DNA from: Bugula neritina
Taxonomy: Eukaryota; Animalia; Bryozoa
Direction of reading: 5' to 3'
Assembly (NCBI GenBank): GCA_964035545.1
Contig: OZ037771.1
Span: 257,428-321,427 of the forward strand
Length of the DNA: 64,000 nt
This document shows, piece after piece, positions 49,951 to 62,887 of this stretch (its first letter is position 1; every line of letters starts with the position of its first letter). A program made the translations under genes and the position numbers. Below the pieces are notes generated by a model, which was not told the DNA's origin, did not search any database, and saw nothing but the letters and a program-made list of their open reading frames with translations.

Positions 49951-51105
49951 AACTCATGAAAGCAAGACACTACCCTGAAACACACAGTGTAAATATACAC
50001 CAGCATCAGTTGGCTATAGAAACACCAAATTATTGTATTAGATGCATGCAGAGGATGTGATATTCTGTGAGATATGAAGTTCAGTGGAAGAGAACTAAAC
50101 TATATTGTACTTTATTATAGAAATTACAGTCATACTAACATATTTCCACATCATGCTGCTGTCATATGTTTCGTTACGTGAAAAGTAATGTCAAAGTGAA
50201 CTTACCAATCTTTCTTCTTATTATATGACTGAGGATAGTGCTAAAAACTCACAACATAAAACAATTATACTAATCAAGTAACTACAATAAAACAGATATG
50301 AAGAATGCCTGAAAGCTCAACAATGGCTGCTGTACTGCAGACGTAACCACTAGCAAAGCTTCATATAACTCATATACCTGCAGTGATATTATTGAAAGAG
50401 AGGACAAAATAACCTCAACAGAAGTTTCTGTAAGAAAGTTTGAATTTGTAAGGACAGGTATTTTATAGCACTTATTCTTAGGTTCGACTGTAACCACTGC
50501 TGTGTTTTATATAATATACAAGTATACTCTGTATAGTCACTACTCTGTATACTCACTATTCTGTACACTCACTACTCTGTATACTCTCTACTCTGTATAC
50601 TCACTACTCTGTATACTCACTACTCTGTATACTCTACACTGTATACTCACTACTCTGTATACTCTACTCTGTATACTCACTACTCTGTATACTCTACTCT
50701 GTATACTCTACTCTGTATAATCACTACTCTGTATACTCACTACTCTGTGTACTCACTACTCTGTGTACTCACTACTCTGTATACTGTCCTTTGGTGCTGA
50801 GTCTAAACATTAGAATACTTTCACTTTGGTACTGAGGCTAAACATTAGATGACCTTCAAAGTGTGACAGCTTTATTCTCTTCATAGTAAAATCCTGATAA
50901 TCAACTAAATTTAACCTAAACATGAGCTCTATAACAATATAGTCTACAATCATCTCACAGCCGTAATGATGGAGTAAAAAGGTGCAGATGTGCAGGTAGT
51001 GGGAGTTATCTTCCCTGTTCTATAAATACTTCTTTATAATATCAATATCAAACCAAACTGCCAGGTTCGACTTCATCAGAACTGTAAGAATAAAAAGCGG
51101 AATAT

Positions 51106-54100
51106 TTAATAGCTGTCAATGGGCAAATCTATTCCTGTGAAATATCAATGAAATGTAATCCATTGCAACACATCATCATTCACTATATTGTATAGTAATA
51201 CCAAAGCTATGCTATGAAGTTGTGTAGGTAAATAGACTTACCAAAGATCAGGGCAATGTACATGGCCATACCACAAAAGACGGCGATGGTACCACATGTG
51301 AGCGACATTTTAGAGTAGCTACGAGCTGTGTCATTGTCCTTGAGTCTTCGCAAGCGCTTCACTTTACCTGCGTGATACAAGCAACTCTATTACCTGCTGT
51401 TGCTAAGGATCACACTAGTTGAATACAGATGGGAACTTTGCAGATATACTGAATGCAGATATACTGAATGCAGATATACTGAATGCAGATATACTGAATG
51501 CAGATATACTGAATGCAGATATACTGAATGCAGATATACTGAATGCTAAAAGTATGTAAGCACTTTATTCCTTTCAGAAGCATTAGGGTATTATAATACA
51601 CCAATAATAAAATATAAAATAGCATAGTATATAATATTCTATAAAATAATAAAACATATATATTATATAAAATAATAAAACATAGTATATATTATATAAT
51701 GTAATAAAACATAGTATATATTATATAATGTAATAAAACATAGTATATATTATATAATGTAATAAAACATAGTATATATTATATAATGTAATAAAACATA
51801 GTATATATTATATAATATAATAAAACATAGTATATATTATATAATATAATAAAACATAGTATATATTATATAATGTAATAAAACATAGTATATATTATAT
51901 AATATAATAAATAGAGTATATATTATATAATATAATAACACATAGTATATATTATATAATATAATAACACATAGTATATATTATATAATATAATAACACA
52001 TAGTATATATTATATAATATAATAAATAGAGTATATATTACACTCACATGAAGCACGTAATGCGAAAATTGAGAACAGAGGGCAGCAGAGGAAAGAGAAG
52101 CAGGAGAGAAGGTAGTAAGTTGAGGCTCTCAAATCTAAAATATATCAGTTTCTATAGCTCACTCCCATTGGCTAAGTTTAGTAGTATCAGTTTCTATAGC
52201 TCACTCTCATTGGCTAAGTTTAGTAGTATCAGTTTCTATAGCTCACTCCCATTGGTTAAGTTTAGTAGTATCAGTTTCTATAGCTCACTCTCATTGGCTA
52301 AGTATAGTAGTATCAGTTTCTATAGCTCACTCCCATTGGCTAAGTTTAGTAGTATCAGTTTCTATAGCTCACTCCCATTGGCTAAGTTTAGTAGTATCAG
52401 TTTCTATAGCTCACTCTCATTGGCTAAGTTTAGTAGTATCAGTTTTCATAGCTCACTCCCATAAGTTTAGTAGTATCAGTTTCTATTTAACTCAATCCCA
52501 TTGGCTAAGTTTAGTAGCATTAGTTTCTACAACTCAATCTCATTGGCTAGGTATATTGGCTATGTTATAACTAATTCTCCTTAGTGTGAATATTCAGTAC
52601 ATTTTATTACAGCTTCAACTGTGAGTTCATCTGTTAAATTAAGAAGACAATAGTTGAAAGATACAATACGACATAATAAATTAGAGTTAGATACTCACCC
52701 TCTTCCCTATATTGTGTCTCCACGTCTTTCTTTGTACCATATCCTTCCACTAGCACTGCTATATACATATATAATATTATTATATTATATTAATATATGT
52801 ATTCTCATCATTACACCAGAGACTATAATATTATATTATTATATTATGTTATATTAATATATGTATTCCCATACAAAGACTTAGTGCTGCTATCAAATAA
52901 CAATTACCTTCTGCATCTACTCCTTGCTTTACATCTGAAAGAAATAAATATATAATACAATAAATATATAATACAATAAATCAATCAATCAATTCTGATT
53001 CCAATAAATAAACATTAAATACAATATAAAATAAATAAATAAACATGACTACAGTATAATACACAGTATAACACACAGTACAACACACAGTACAACACAC
53101 AGTACAACACACAGTATAACAGTATAATACACAGTACAACACACAGTACAACACACAGTACAACACACAGTACAACACTACAGTATATTACACAGTACAA
53201 CACACAGTACAACACACAGTACAACACACAGTACAACACACAGTACAACACACAGTACAACACACAGTACAACACTACAGTATATTACACAGTACAACAC
53301 ACAGTACAACACACAGTACAACACACAGTACAAGACACAGTACAACACACAGTACAACACACAGTACAACACACAGTACAACAGTATAATACACAGTATA
53401 ATACACAGTACAACACACAGTACAACACACAGTACAAGACACAGTACAACACACAGTACAACACACAGTACAACACACAGTATAACACACAGTATAATAC
53501 ACAGTATAACAGTACAACACCTGATGTTACACTGTTGATTCTATCCAGTTCCTCCACAACCAAGCTGTACCTCTTCTTAAACTCTCCACTGGGTTTATCT
53601 CCCTTGTACAGGTGAGAGTGGCTGGTGACTTTCTGTTGAGAAGGAGTAGAGAGGTTCTGGTGCAGATATGCGTTCTTCTGGGCAGACGGTGTTGGGTGGA
53701 CGGAGTGAAATGAGGCACCAGTTATTTTCTGTTGACTATCTACCTGATTCACACAGTTACTACAGTTAGTACACACAGTTACTACAGTTAGTACACACAG
53801 TTACTACAGTTAGTACACACAGTTACTACAGTTAGTACACACAGTTAGTACAGATACTACACACAGTTACTACAGTTAGTACACACAGTTAGTGCAGTTA
53901 GTACACACAGTTGCTACAGATACTACACACAGTCACTACAGTTAGTACACACAGTTAGTACAGTTAGTACACACAGTTGCTACAGTTAGTACACACAGTT
54001 AGTACAGATAGTACACACAGTTGGTATAGCTACTATAAAGAGTAACCACAACAAAGAATTACCGTACTTACAGGGTGGTAGACTCCACTTGAAGTGGTAT

Positions 54101-54807
54101 GCTCCAAATCATTGTAAGCTAAAATAAGATATATAGTATATATGTGGTTGTATACAGGGCATGGTTTATACACCATAGACCACTACTCAAGTAAAATATT
54201 ATTATAACACAAAGTGCTATATGATAAGACTTCAACTGCAAATAAAAACATTAAAAATTAATCCATTTTTCTATTAATTGTTTCACTGCATAATTTAACT
54301 TCATACATTGAAGAACAATTCTGCAATACATATACTAAGTAGAAAGTCTCAAGAAATTTGAGTCAATAAATTTCAAATAATTAGTAACTGAAAAGCTGAA
54401 TTTTAAACATAACCGCTTATTCTTTTAGCCAACCAAAAGTTTCTTTTTAAAGTTAATAAAAATTATACACTTTTGTAGTCTGAGTTTCACATTTCCTCAA
54501 TCTCCAGGGCTTATACAATGACCGGGCCTCTATGAGAGCCACCCATTAACAAGTGTAGATCGCGACTACATTTAGCAACACACATGGTAACTAGTAGAGA
54601 ATTATGATGCACACTTACCAGGGAGTGTTCGGCCGCTCTCGGAAACTTTAGGCTACAATATGATAACACGTGTGCACCATAGAATATAGGGGAGATAACT
54701 TTGATATGCAGTCTAGTAATATTAAATGACATGTTATATGTACATATTATACACACCTTTGAGGAGGCCGACTTTTTCTTATTTATCAAGTACTGTGACG
54801 ATGACAT
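51106..54807 (-). CDS. CD225/dispanin-family membrane protein, copy B
   Basis: Exons 54807-54757, 54652-54619, 54118-54072, 53743-53521, 52934-52908, 52758-52699, 52134-52048, 51367-51242, 51134-51106. YYLLSCFSFLCCPLFSIFALRASCKVKRLRRLKDNDTARSYSKMSLTCGTIAVFCGMAMYIALIFG; frame intact. Confidence 0.8.
52143..52550. repeat. 42-bp minisatellite x~10 next to an acceptor (x~3 in copy A)
   Basis: AGTATCAGTTTCTATAGCTCACTC(C/T)CATTGGCTAAGTTTAGT. Confidence 0.93.
53050..53520. repeat. 12-bp minisatellite starting at a donor
   Basis: ACACACAGTACA. The sense strand GTGTTGTACTGT begins at the GT. Confidence 0.95.
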
Positions 54808-55374
54808 AACTCATACAAGCAAGACACTACCCTGAAACACACAGTATGAATATACACCAGCAGTAGTTTGCTATAGAAACACCAAATTATTGTATTAGAT
54901 GCATGCAGAGGATGTGATATTCTGTGAGATATGAAGTTCAGTGGAAGAGAACTCAACTATATTGTACTTTATTATAGAAATTACAGTCATACCAACATAT
55001 TTCCACATCATACTGCTGTCAGATGTTTCGTTACGTGAAAAGTAATGTCAAAGTGAACTTACCAATCTTTCTTCTTATTATATGACTGAGGATAGTGCTA
55101 AAAACTCACAACATAAAACAATTATACTAATCAAGTAACTACAATAAAACAGATATGAAGAATGTCTGAAAGCTCAACAATGGCTGCTGTACTGCAGACA
55201 TAACCACTAGCAAAGCTTCATATAACTCATATACCTGCAGTGATATTATTGAAAGAGAGGACAAAATAACCTCAACAGAAGTTTCTGTAAGAAAGTTTGA
55301 ATTTGTAAGGACAGGTATTTTAGCACTTATTCTTAGGTTTGACTGTAACTCCTGCTGTGTTTTATATAATATAC

Positions 55375-55855
55375 AAGTATACTCTGTATACTCACTACTC
55401 TGTATACTCACTATTCTGTACACTCACTACTCTGTATACTCACTACTCTGTATACTCTACTCTGTATACACTACTCTGTATACTCTACACTGTATACTCA
55501 CTACTCTGTATACTCACTACTCTGTATACTCACTACTCTGTATACTCACTACTCTGTATACTATCTACTCTGTATACTCACTACTCTGTATACTCACTAC
55601 TCTGTATACTCACTACTCTGTATACTCACTACTCTGTATACTCACTACTCTGTATACTCACTACTCTGTATTCTCACTACTCTGTATACTCACTACTCTG
55701 TATACTCACTACACTGTATACTCACTACTCTGTATACTCACTACTCTGTATACTCACTACTCTGTATACTCACTACTCTGTATACTCACTACTCTGTATA
55801 CTCACTACTCTGTATACTCACTACTCTGTATACTCACTACTCTGTATATTCACTA
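55375..55855. repeat. 16-bp minisatellite (paralogue at 50520-50785)
   Basis: TACTCTGTATACTCAC. Confidence 0.95.
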
Positions 55856-56216
55856 CGCAAAAGTTCTTATTTTTTAAGACAACACAAGAATTATCATTTC
55901 TACTCGGTATATAATTACAAAAACCAGATTTTTTAGTATAAGTGAACTTTATTTCAGCCCAACTGGTCAAGCTTTACTATGACTATCATTGCACTATTGT
56001 CTTAAAAAATGTATTTGAGACTTAAAAGAGTGCAACAGACTAAAACTAGTTTAAATTAGAATGATATCATTTGTGAAAGCCTCGTCAGCCATGAATGAGG
56101 TTGTAGAATTGATTAAGTATTTGGCTGTGAGTCATTTAGTGCGTTGTAGTTTCTTAGTTGGAGTTGTTGTCTCTACACGAGAGTTATATTTGCATAATAT
56201 ACCAACACAAGATTGT

Positions 56217-59200
56217 TTATTTTATATATTTAGACATGAACTTCCTGTGAAACTCTGATCTTAGAGTGTCGTTTATAAACTCCACTTTCTTTTTATCGTC
56301 CTCTATTTTTGCACAATTTTTGAACACAACGTCATCATCCCATCTACAAAAATGTTCAAGACATGATCAATAGATGACTGAATGCGTGAAACTATATCAC
56401 AGCAACTGAGTATTTACTTGTCTTTCCTAGTTGACAGAGGATGTTTATACAAATAAGAGGCAGTCAGTTATACAAAACTGTCTAATCAGAGATCCCATGA
56501 ATATTATACAGAGTACACTTCCCACACCTCACTACCACCAGCCAGAAGGTCACACTGTGAACACTTGTATCTCTCCCACTTCCCACTCTCACCACAGGAA
56601 TATATATACAATCACAGGAAGTTACCTCTTTTTCACCTTGAACTCCGAGGGTGAATCACTGCTGTTGGCGTTTAGTAACGGATTCCCGCGAAGTATGTTT
56701 TCTGTTCGTATTCTTTCATCTTCACGCTTCTTCTCCATTTCCTAAAGCATTGCAAATATATTTATTGTGAAAGTCGAGTGACTCATACCATGTTTACTAT
56801 TACATAGTATAATATAATATATAATATAATACAACACTGTCCATGTTTACTATTACATAGTATAATATAATATATAATATAATACAACACTGTCCATGTT
56901 TACTATTACATAGTATAATATAATATATAATATAATACAACACTGTCCATGTTTACTATTACATAGTATAATATAATATATAATATAATACAACACTGTC
57001 CATGTTTACTATTACATAGTATAATATAATATATAATATAATACAACACTGTCCATGTTTACTATTACATAGTATAATATAATATATAATATAATACAAC
57101 ACTGTCCATGTTTACTATTACATAGTATAATATAATATATAATATAATACAACACTGTCCATGTTTACTATTACATAGTATAATATAATATATAATATAA
57201 TACAACACTGTCCATGTTTACTATTACATAGTATAATATAATATATAATATAATACAACACTGTCCATGTTTACTATTACATAGTATAATATAATATATA
57301 ATATAATACAGCACTGTCCATGTTTACTATTACATAGTATAATATAATATATAATATAATACAGCACTGTCCATGTTTACTATTACAGAATAAAGCAGCT
57401 GACCCGTGCTAAGAAGTTGCAGTAGAATGTTTATATCACTGTATGTGCTGTGTCTATTACTGGTAAGGTAAGACAACTACAGTATACTCTGGTAGAATAC
57501 ACAACTACAGTATACTCTAGTAGAATACACAACTACAGTATACTCTAGTAGAATACACAATTACAGTATACTCTGGTAGAATACACAACTACAGTATACT
57601 CTGGTAGAATACACAACTACAGTATACTCTGGTAGAATACACAACTACAGTATACTCAGGTAGAATACACAACTACAGTATACTCTAGTAGAATACACAA
57701 CTACAGTATACTCTGGTAGAATACACAACTACAGTATACTCTGGTAGAATACACAACTACAGTATACTCTGGTAGAATACACAACGACAGTATACTCTGG
57801 TAGAATACACAACTACAGTATACCCTGGTAGAATACACAACTACAGTATACTCTGGTAGAATACACAACTACAGTATACTCTGGTAGAATACACAACTAC
57901 AGTATACCCTGGTAGAATACACAACTACATTATACTCTGCTAGAATACACAACTACAGTATACTCAGTAACATTGTGTTGCTGAACATATTTCATATGAA
58001 TTTGCAGGCCCGGGGAGAGTATATACAGAGAGTACGTAGAAAGTAGCGTCACCAACTTAGACTTCCACACTCTGTTCCAGTACGGCCGCATGAGCACGGT
58101 ATACTCACCAGGAAATGAGAGCATTTTCAACCACGTCGAGAGCGACATGGCCGACAGGAACACGCTCCTTCTCTGTCTAGACAACGCAGTGAGCAGAATC
58201 AATGTGATCGACGACAGGGGGGCATCAGCGTATGTCGGCTTACCCGGAGTAGCGGGTTACAGGGAGGGCAGCTGGACGGAGGCGAGGTTCAGGACGGTGA
58301 ACTCTCTGACTCAACTCAACACGTCACACATGATAGTTGGGGACCAGCTCAACTACTGCCTGCGTTGGGTGAACAGGGAGACGGGCCTGACCACGCCCTT
58401 CGCCGGCAGATGCACTGAGCAGGGCACAAGTGGGCGGAGCCAGACAGAACTGAATTCTACAACTATCCGGTTCATTTCTCCACGCTCGCTGCTACTAGAT
58501 AGGAGGGTGAAGTTGCTGTATGTGGCTGATGATAAGTATATATATCACATCAGCGTAGAGACGCTCCAGGTTCTAGACACGTCATTTGAGAGTGAGTACA
58601 GAGTGAACAGCATGACTGGCCTGCAGTCAAGTCTAATAGCCGGAGAGCTCATTGGCACAGCAGATGAAGGTCTCGTCAGTATAGATAACGAGCAGAAGAA
58701 AGTTAGCCTGGTGTCTGGGGAAAATATAGTTGGTGAGGAGGGAGTAGAAGGCAACCTAACTGGCATCATATTTAGACAGCTGAAGGCTATCATACATCTA
58801 TACTCAAATATATACATTGCAGCCGACTACGGAGGGCACCGACTGAGGGGGCTAGATTTCCACAGGTAAACTGATTCATTGAGCAGACAACTACCAGGTG
58901 TGTTACTCACTGTGAACTGGTAGAGAGTTACTCACTGTGAACTGGTAGAGAGTTACTCACTGTGTACTGGTAGTGATAGTTACTCACTGTGTACTGGTAG
59001 TGATAGTTACTCACTGTGTACTGGTAGTGATAGTTACTCACCGTGTACTGGTAGAGAGTTACTTACTGTGTACTGGTAGTCATAGTTATTCACTGTGTAC
59101 TGATGTTGTAGCGGTGAGAGTTACTCACTGTGTACTGATGTTGTAGCGGTGAGAGTTACTCACTGTGTACTGATGTTGTAGCGGTGATAGTTACTCACTG

Positions 59201-62200
59201 TGTACTGGTAGTGGGAGTTACTCACTGTGTACTGATGTTGTAGCGGCGAGAGTTACTCACTGTGTACTGGTAGTGAGAGTTACTCACTGTGTACTGATGT
59301 TGTAGTGGTGGGGGTTACTCACTGTGTACTGGTAGTGAGTTACTTACTGTGTACTGGTAGTGATAGTTACTCACTGTGTACTGGTGGTGAGAGTTACTCA
59401 CTGTGTACTGATGTTGTAGCGGTGAGAGTTACTCACTGTGTACTGATGTTGTAGCGGTGAGAGTTACTCACTGTGTACTGATGTTGTAGCGGTGGGAGTT
59501 ACTCACTGTGTACTGATGTTGTAGCGGTGAGAGTTACTCACTCTGTACGGGAGACAATGCTCACGAAGACGGAGCTCTCACCGACTGTAAGCTGTACCAG
59601 CCCACATCCCTAGCCTTAGTAAACTACACTCTGTATGTCGGAGAGATCGGCACGTACAAAGGAGGACTCCGTGCAATCAGAAGTCCAGGTGAATATAATG
59701 GATAAGTAAGATGAGTAGTTAAGACTGTGTATTGGCTTCCATTGGCCTCTACTTGAGCTAATGTATGAAAATGCTTCATGTAGTTGTAGATCCAACTGTA
59801 GAGAAATCGCGGTCTGGGATAGTAATAATAGTAATGGTAGGGTCACTGAGTGGGGTGGCGCTGGTCACACTAGCATTGGCACGGTTCTACACCGCCCGAG
59901 TACAAAAAGAAGAAGCTGAAGAAATAAGGTTAAAGAAAGACATCAGTAAGAGAATAACTGATGGTGTCTTAAAAGTGAGATTTTAAAAGTTATAGATCTA
60001 TATACTGTGTACTAAGTTCTATATACTGTGTACTAAGTTATATATACTGTGTACTAAGTTCTATATACTGTGTACTAAGTTCTATATACTGTGTACTAAG
60101 TTCTATATACTGTGTACTAAGTTATATATACTGTGTACTAAGTTCTATATACTGTGTACTAAGTTCTATATACAGTGTACTAAGTTCTATATACTATGTA
60201 CTAAGTTCTATATACTGTGTACTAAGTTCTATATACTGTGTACTAAGTTATATATACTGTGTACTAAGTTCTATATACTGTATACTAAGTTCTATATACT
60301 GTGTACTAAGTTCTATATACAGTGTACTAAGTTCTATATACTATGTACTAAGTTCTATATACTGTGTACTAAGTTCTATATACTGTGTACTAAGTTATAT
60401 ATACTGTGTACTAAGTTCTATATACTGTATACTAAGTTATATATACTGTGTACTAAGTTATATATACTGTGTACTAAGTTCTATATACTGTGTACTAAGT
60501 TATATATACTATGTACTAAGTTATATATACTATGTACTAAGTTATATATACTGTGTACTAAGTTCTATATACTGTGTACTAAGTTCTATATACTGTGTAC
60601 CAAATTCTTTGGTTTACAGGTAAAAGCTCCGAATACAACCGACCCATCAAAGATGTCACAAAACAAAAGAGATAACCTGATGATAACCTAACTGAATCTG
60701 CCAGTGGAAACTGAAAATAACAATATAGAGAATAGTGATTCCAATAAGGAGGCTCACAATACCACTGATCTACAAGCACCTGCACCAGGTGTTAAAAGTA
60801 GGAGTAATTCACATGTTTCTGGTGTCACAAACTAGCCTATCACGAGAAAACATGAGATGCCAGCTAAAACTAACACTAGAGCAATGGTGACATCTTTATG
60901 AGCTGCATGAAACACACTACTGAATTAACATCTATATTTAGAATAGTGGCCAATGAGCAGCATGAAACACACCACTGAATTAACATCTATATTTAGAATA
61001 GTGGCTAATAAGCAGCAGGGATAGTTTATCACCTTTGAAATGTTTTGAATTTTAGAATTTAAATAGTTGCTAATTTTTAAATTTTACTTTTAGCAATTAT
61101 CCCAAGGAGACAATTAATAGTAATTTGTTGACTGTATACGAGTATTATGTTAGGCATATGTAGCATATGTTATAGTACAACATATTCCGTGGTTTCCATG
61201 GTTACTAGACTGGTTAAATTTGAGGTCTAAATAAACAACTGTAAACTTTACTAGCTTCTAATCAGATAGTAAAACACTGCAAAGTACAAAACACTGCAAA
61301 GTACAAAACACTGCTCTACTCTAACCCTTCTCTACTGCAACAAGCACTTCTGTCGTTTATTTCTATTCAAATGAACTCACAACTCTGGTATCCCCTTTAC
61401 TGAGGTGAATTGAAGAACTATACTTCTTTCAATGATCTCTCCACATTTATTAACAAGTTGTGCAACATCTAAACAACTGGAGATTCAATGGGTTGAATCT
61501 GGAACGTGTTCTTGTATGCTACTAATGTGAGTACTTATCCAGTATAAATCACACATGATATTCACTATAGAAGTTTCCTTCCTCAACAAATGTCTCCTAC
61601 GCACTGTACTCATTACTTGTTCACCAAACGAATGACTTGCTATTTATTATAATATTCTCACCTTTTCCTGTGTTTCCTCCAGTCTCTCCTTCTTGATTCT
61701 CGCCAACTCCGCCATCAGTTCAGCAGCGTCGTCATCAGAGCTGTCCGAGTCACTTCCGTCATCCTGTGGAATCAGACAGAGTCAACTACTAGTTCAACAG
61801 TTCATCAACTAGTAGTTCAACAGTTGATCAACTAACAGTTCAACAGTTCATCAACTAGCAGTTCAACAGTTCATTACCTAGCAGTTCAACATATCATCAA
61901 CTACTAATTCAACAGTTCATCAACTAGCAGTTCAACAGTTCATCAACTAGCAGTTGAACAGTTCATCAACTAGCAGTTGAACAGTTCATCAACTAGCAGT
62001 TGAACAGTTCATCAACTACTAATTCAACAGTTCATCAACTAGCAGTTCAACATATCATCAACTACTAGTTCAACAGTTCAACAACTACTAGTTCAACAGT
62101 TCATCAACTACTAGTTCAACATATCATCAACTACTAGTTCAACAGTTCATCAACTAGTAGTTCAACAGTTCATCAACTACTAGTTCAACAGTTCATCAAC

Positions 62201-62887
62201 TAGCAGTTCAACAGTTCATCAACTAGTAGTTCAACAGTTCATCAACTACTAGTTCAACAGTTCATCAACTAGCAGTTCAACAGTTCATCAACTAGCAGTT
62301 CAACAGTTCATCAACTAGCAGTTCAACAGTTCATCAACTACTAGTTCAACAGTTCATCAACTACTAGTTCAACAGTTCATCAACTACTAGTTCAACAGTT
62401 CATCAACTAGCAGTTCAACAGTTCATCAACTAGCAGTTCAACAGCTCAACAAATCCTGAGGTCACCAGCTGTCAATACCTGGTCGATAGGGTCATCATCA
62501 TCGAGGTGTGATGACGGAGCATGCTCCACTCTGGCCCGTTTAGAAGAAGTTGAGCTGTAGTCTCTGTCAGTTCTCTTGTCCCGGGCAGCTCTCTCTCGCT
62601 CATCCAAGTCTCGCTTGAAATCTCTGTTCTTCAGATCAGTGCTGCTACCTTGTCCATCTTGTCTACATATCAACAAGTGTTGACAGCAAGTGTTGACAGC
62701 AAACAACTAAACGTAATGAATAGCCAAGTATTCTAATTTATATGCTAGATACCAACCTATACTTGAGTTTTGTGTGCCCAGGCAAATCTCGGCTACTGTA
62801 TTGTTTAGACAGAGCCGATAAATCTGTCTCTCCTTTTCCAGAGCCACCTCTGGCAGGTTCAAATGTAGGTCTAGCTGCTGTTGTCAT
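56217..62887 (-). CDS. CWC15: Spliceosome-associated protein CWC15
   Basis: Exons 62887-62757, 62662-62479, 61763-61662, 56741-56626, 56343-56217. [92 protein letters not shown]. Confidence 0.97.
56788..57388. repeat. 53-bp minisatellite x~11
   Basis: CCATGTTTACTATTACATAGTATAATATAATATATAATATAATACAACACTGT. Confidence 0.96.
57427..60691 (+). CDS. NHL-repeat (beta-propeller) type I membrane protein nested antisense in CWC15 intron 3
   Basis: Exons 57427-57467, 58008-58865, 59525-59688, 59784-59974, 60620-60691, phase-consistent. Signal-peptide-like [18 protein letters not shown]; NHL-like motifs [66 protein letters not shown]; TM segment [22 protein letters not shown]; short charged tail. Confidence 0.8.
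57473..57965. repeat. 28-bp minisatellite x~17 starting 5 nt after a donor
   Basis: ACAACTACAGTATACTCTGGTAGAATAC. Confidence 0.96.
58903..59548. repeat. 27-35-bp minisatellite duplicating an acceptor plus 24 nt of exon
   Basis: TGATGTTGTAG|CGGTGAGAGTTACTCACT(G/C)TGTAC. Confidence 0.95.
59998..60600. repeat. 21-bp minisatellite x~29
   Basis: CTATATACTGTGTACTAAGTT. Confidence 0.96.
61782..62445. repeat. 23-bp minisatellite x~29 filling CWC15 intron 2
   Basis: TCAACTA(C/G)(T/C)AGTTCAACAGTTCA. Confidence 0.96.

Larger units (their letters stand above)
46338..55855. repeat. Tandem segmental duplication: copy A ~46338-50788, copy B ~50789-55855
   Basis: Both copies start CTTTGGT(A/G)CTGAGTCTAAACATTAGAATAC and end in the TACTCTGTATACTCAC array. 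Exons and introns are collinear. Confidence 0.95.
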
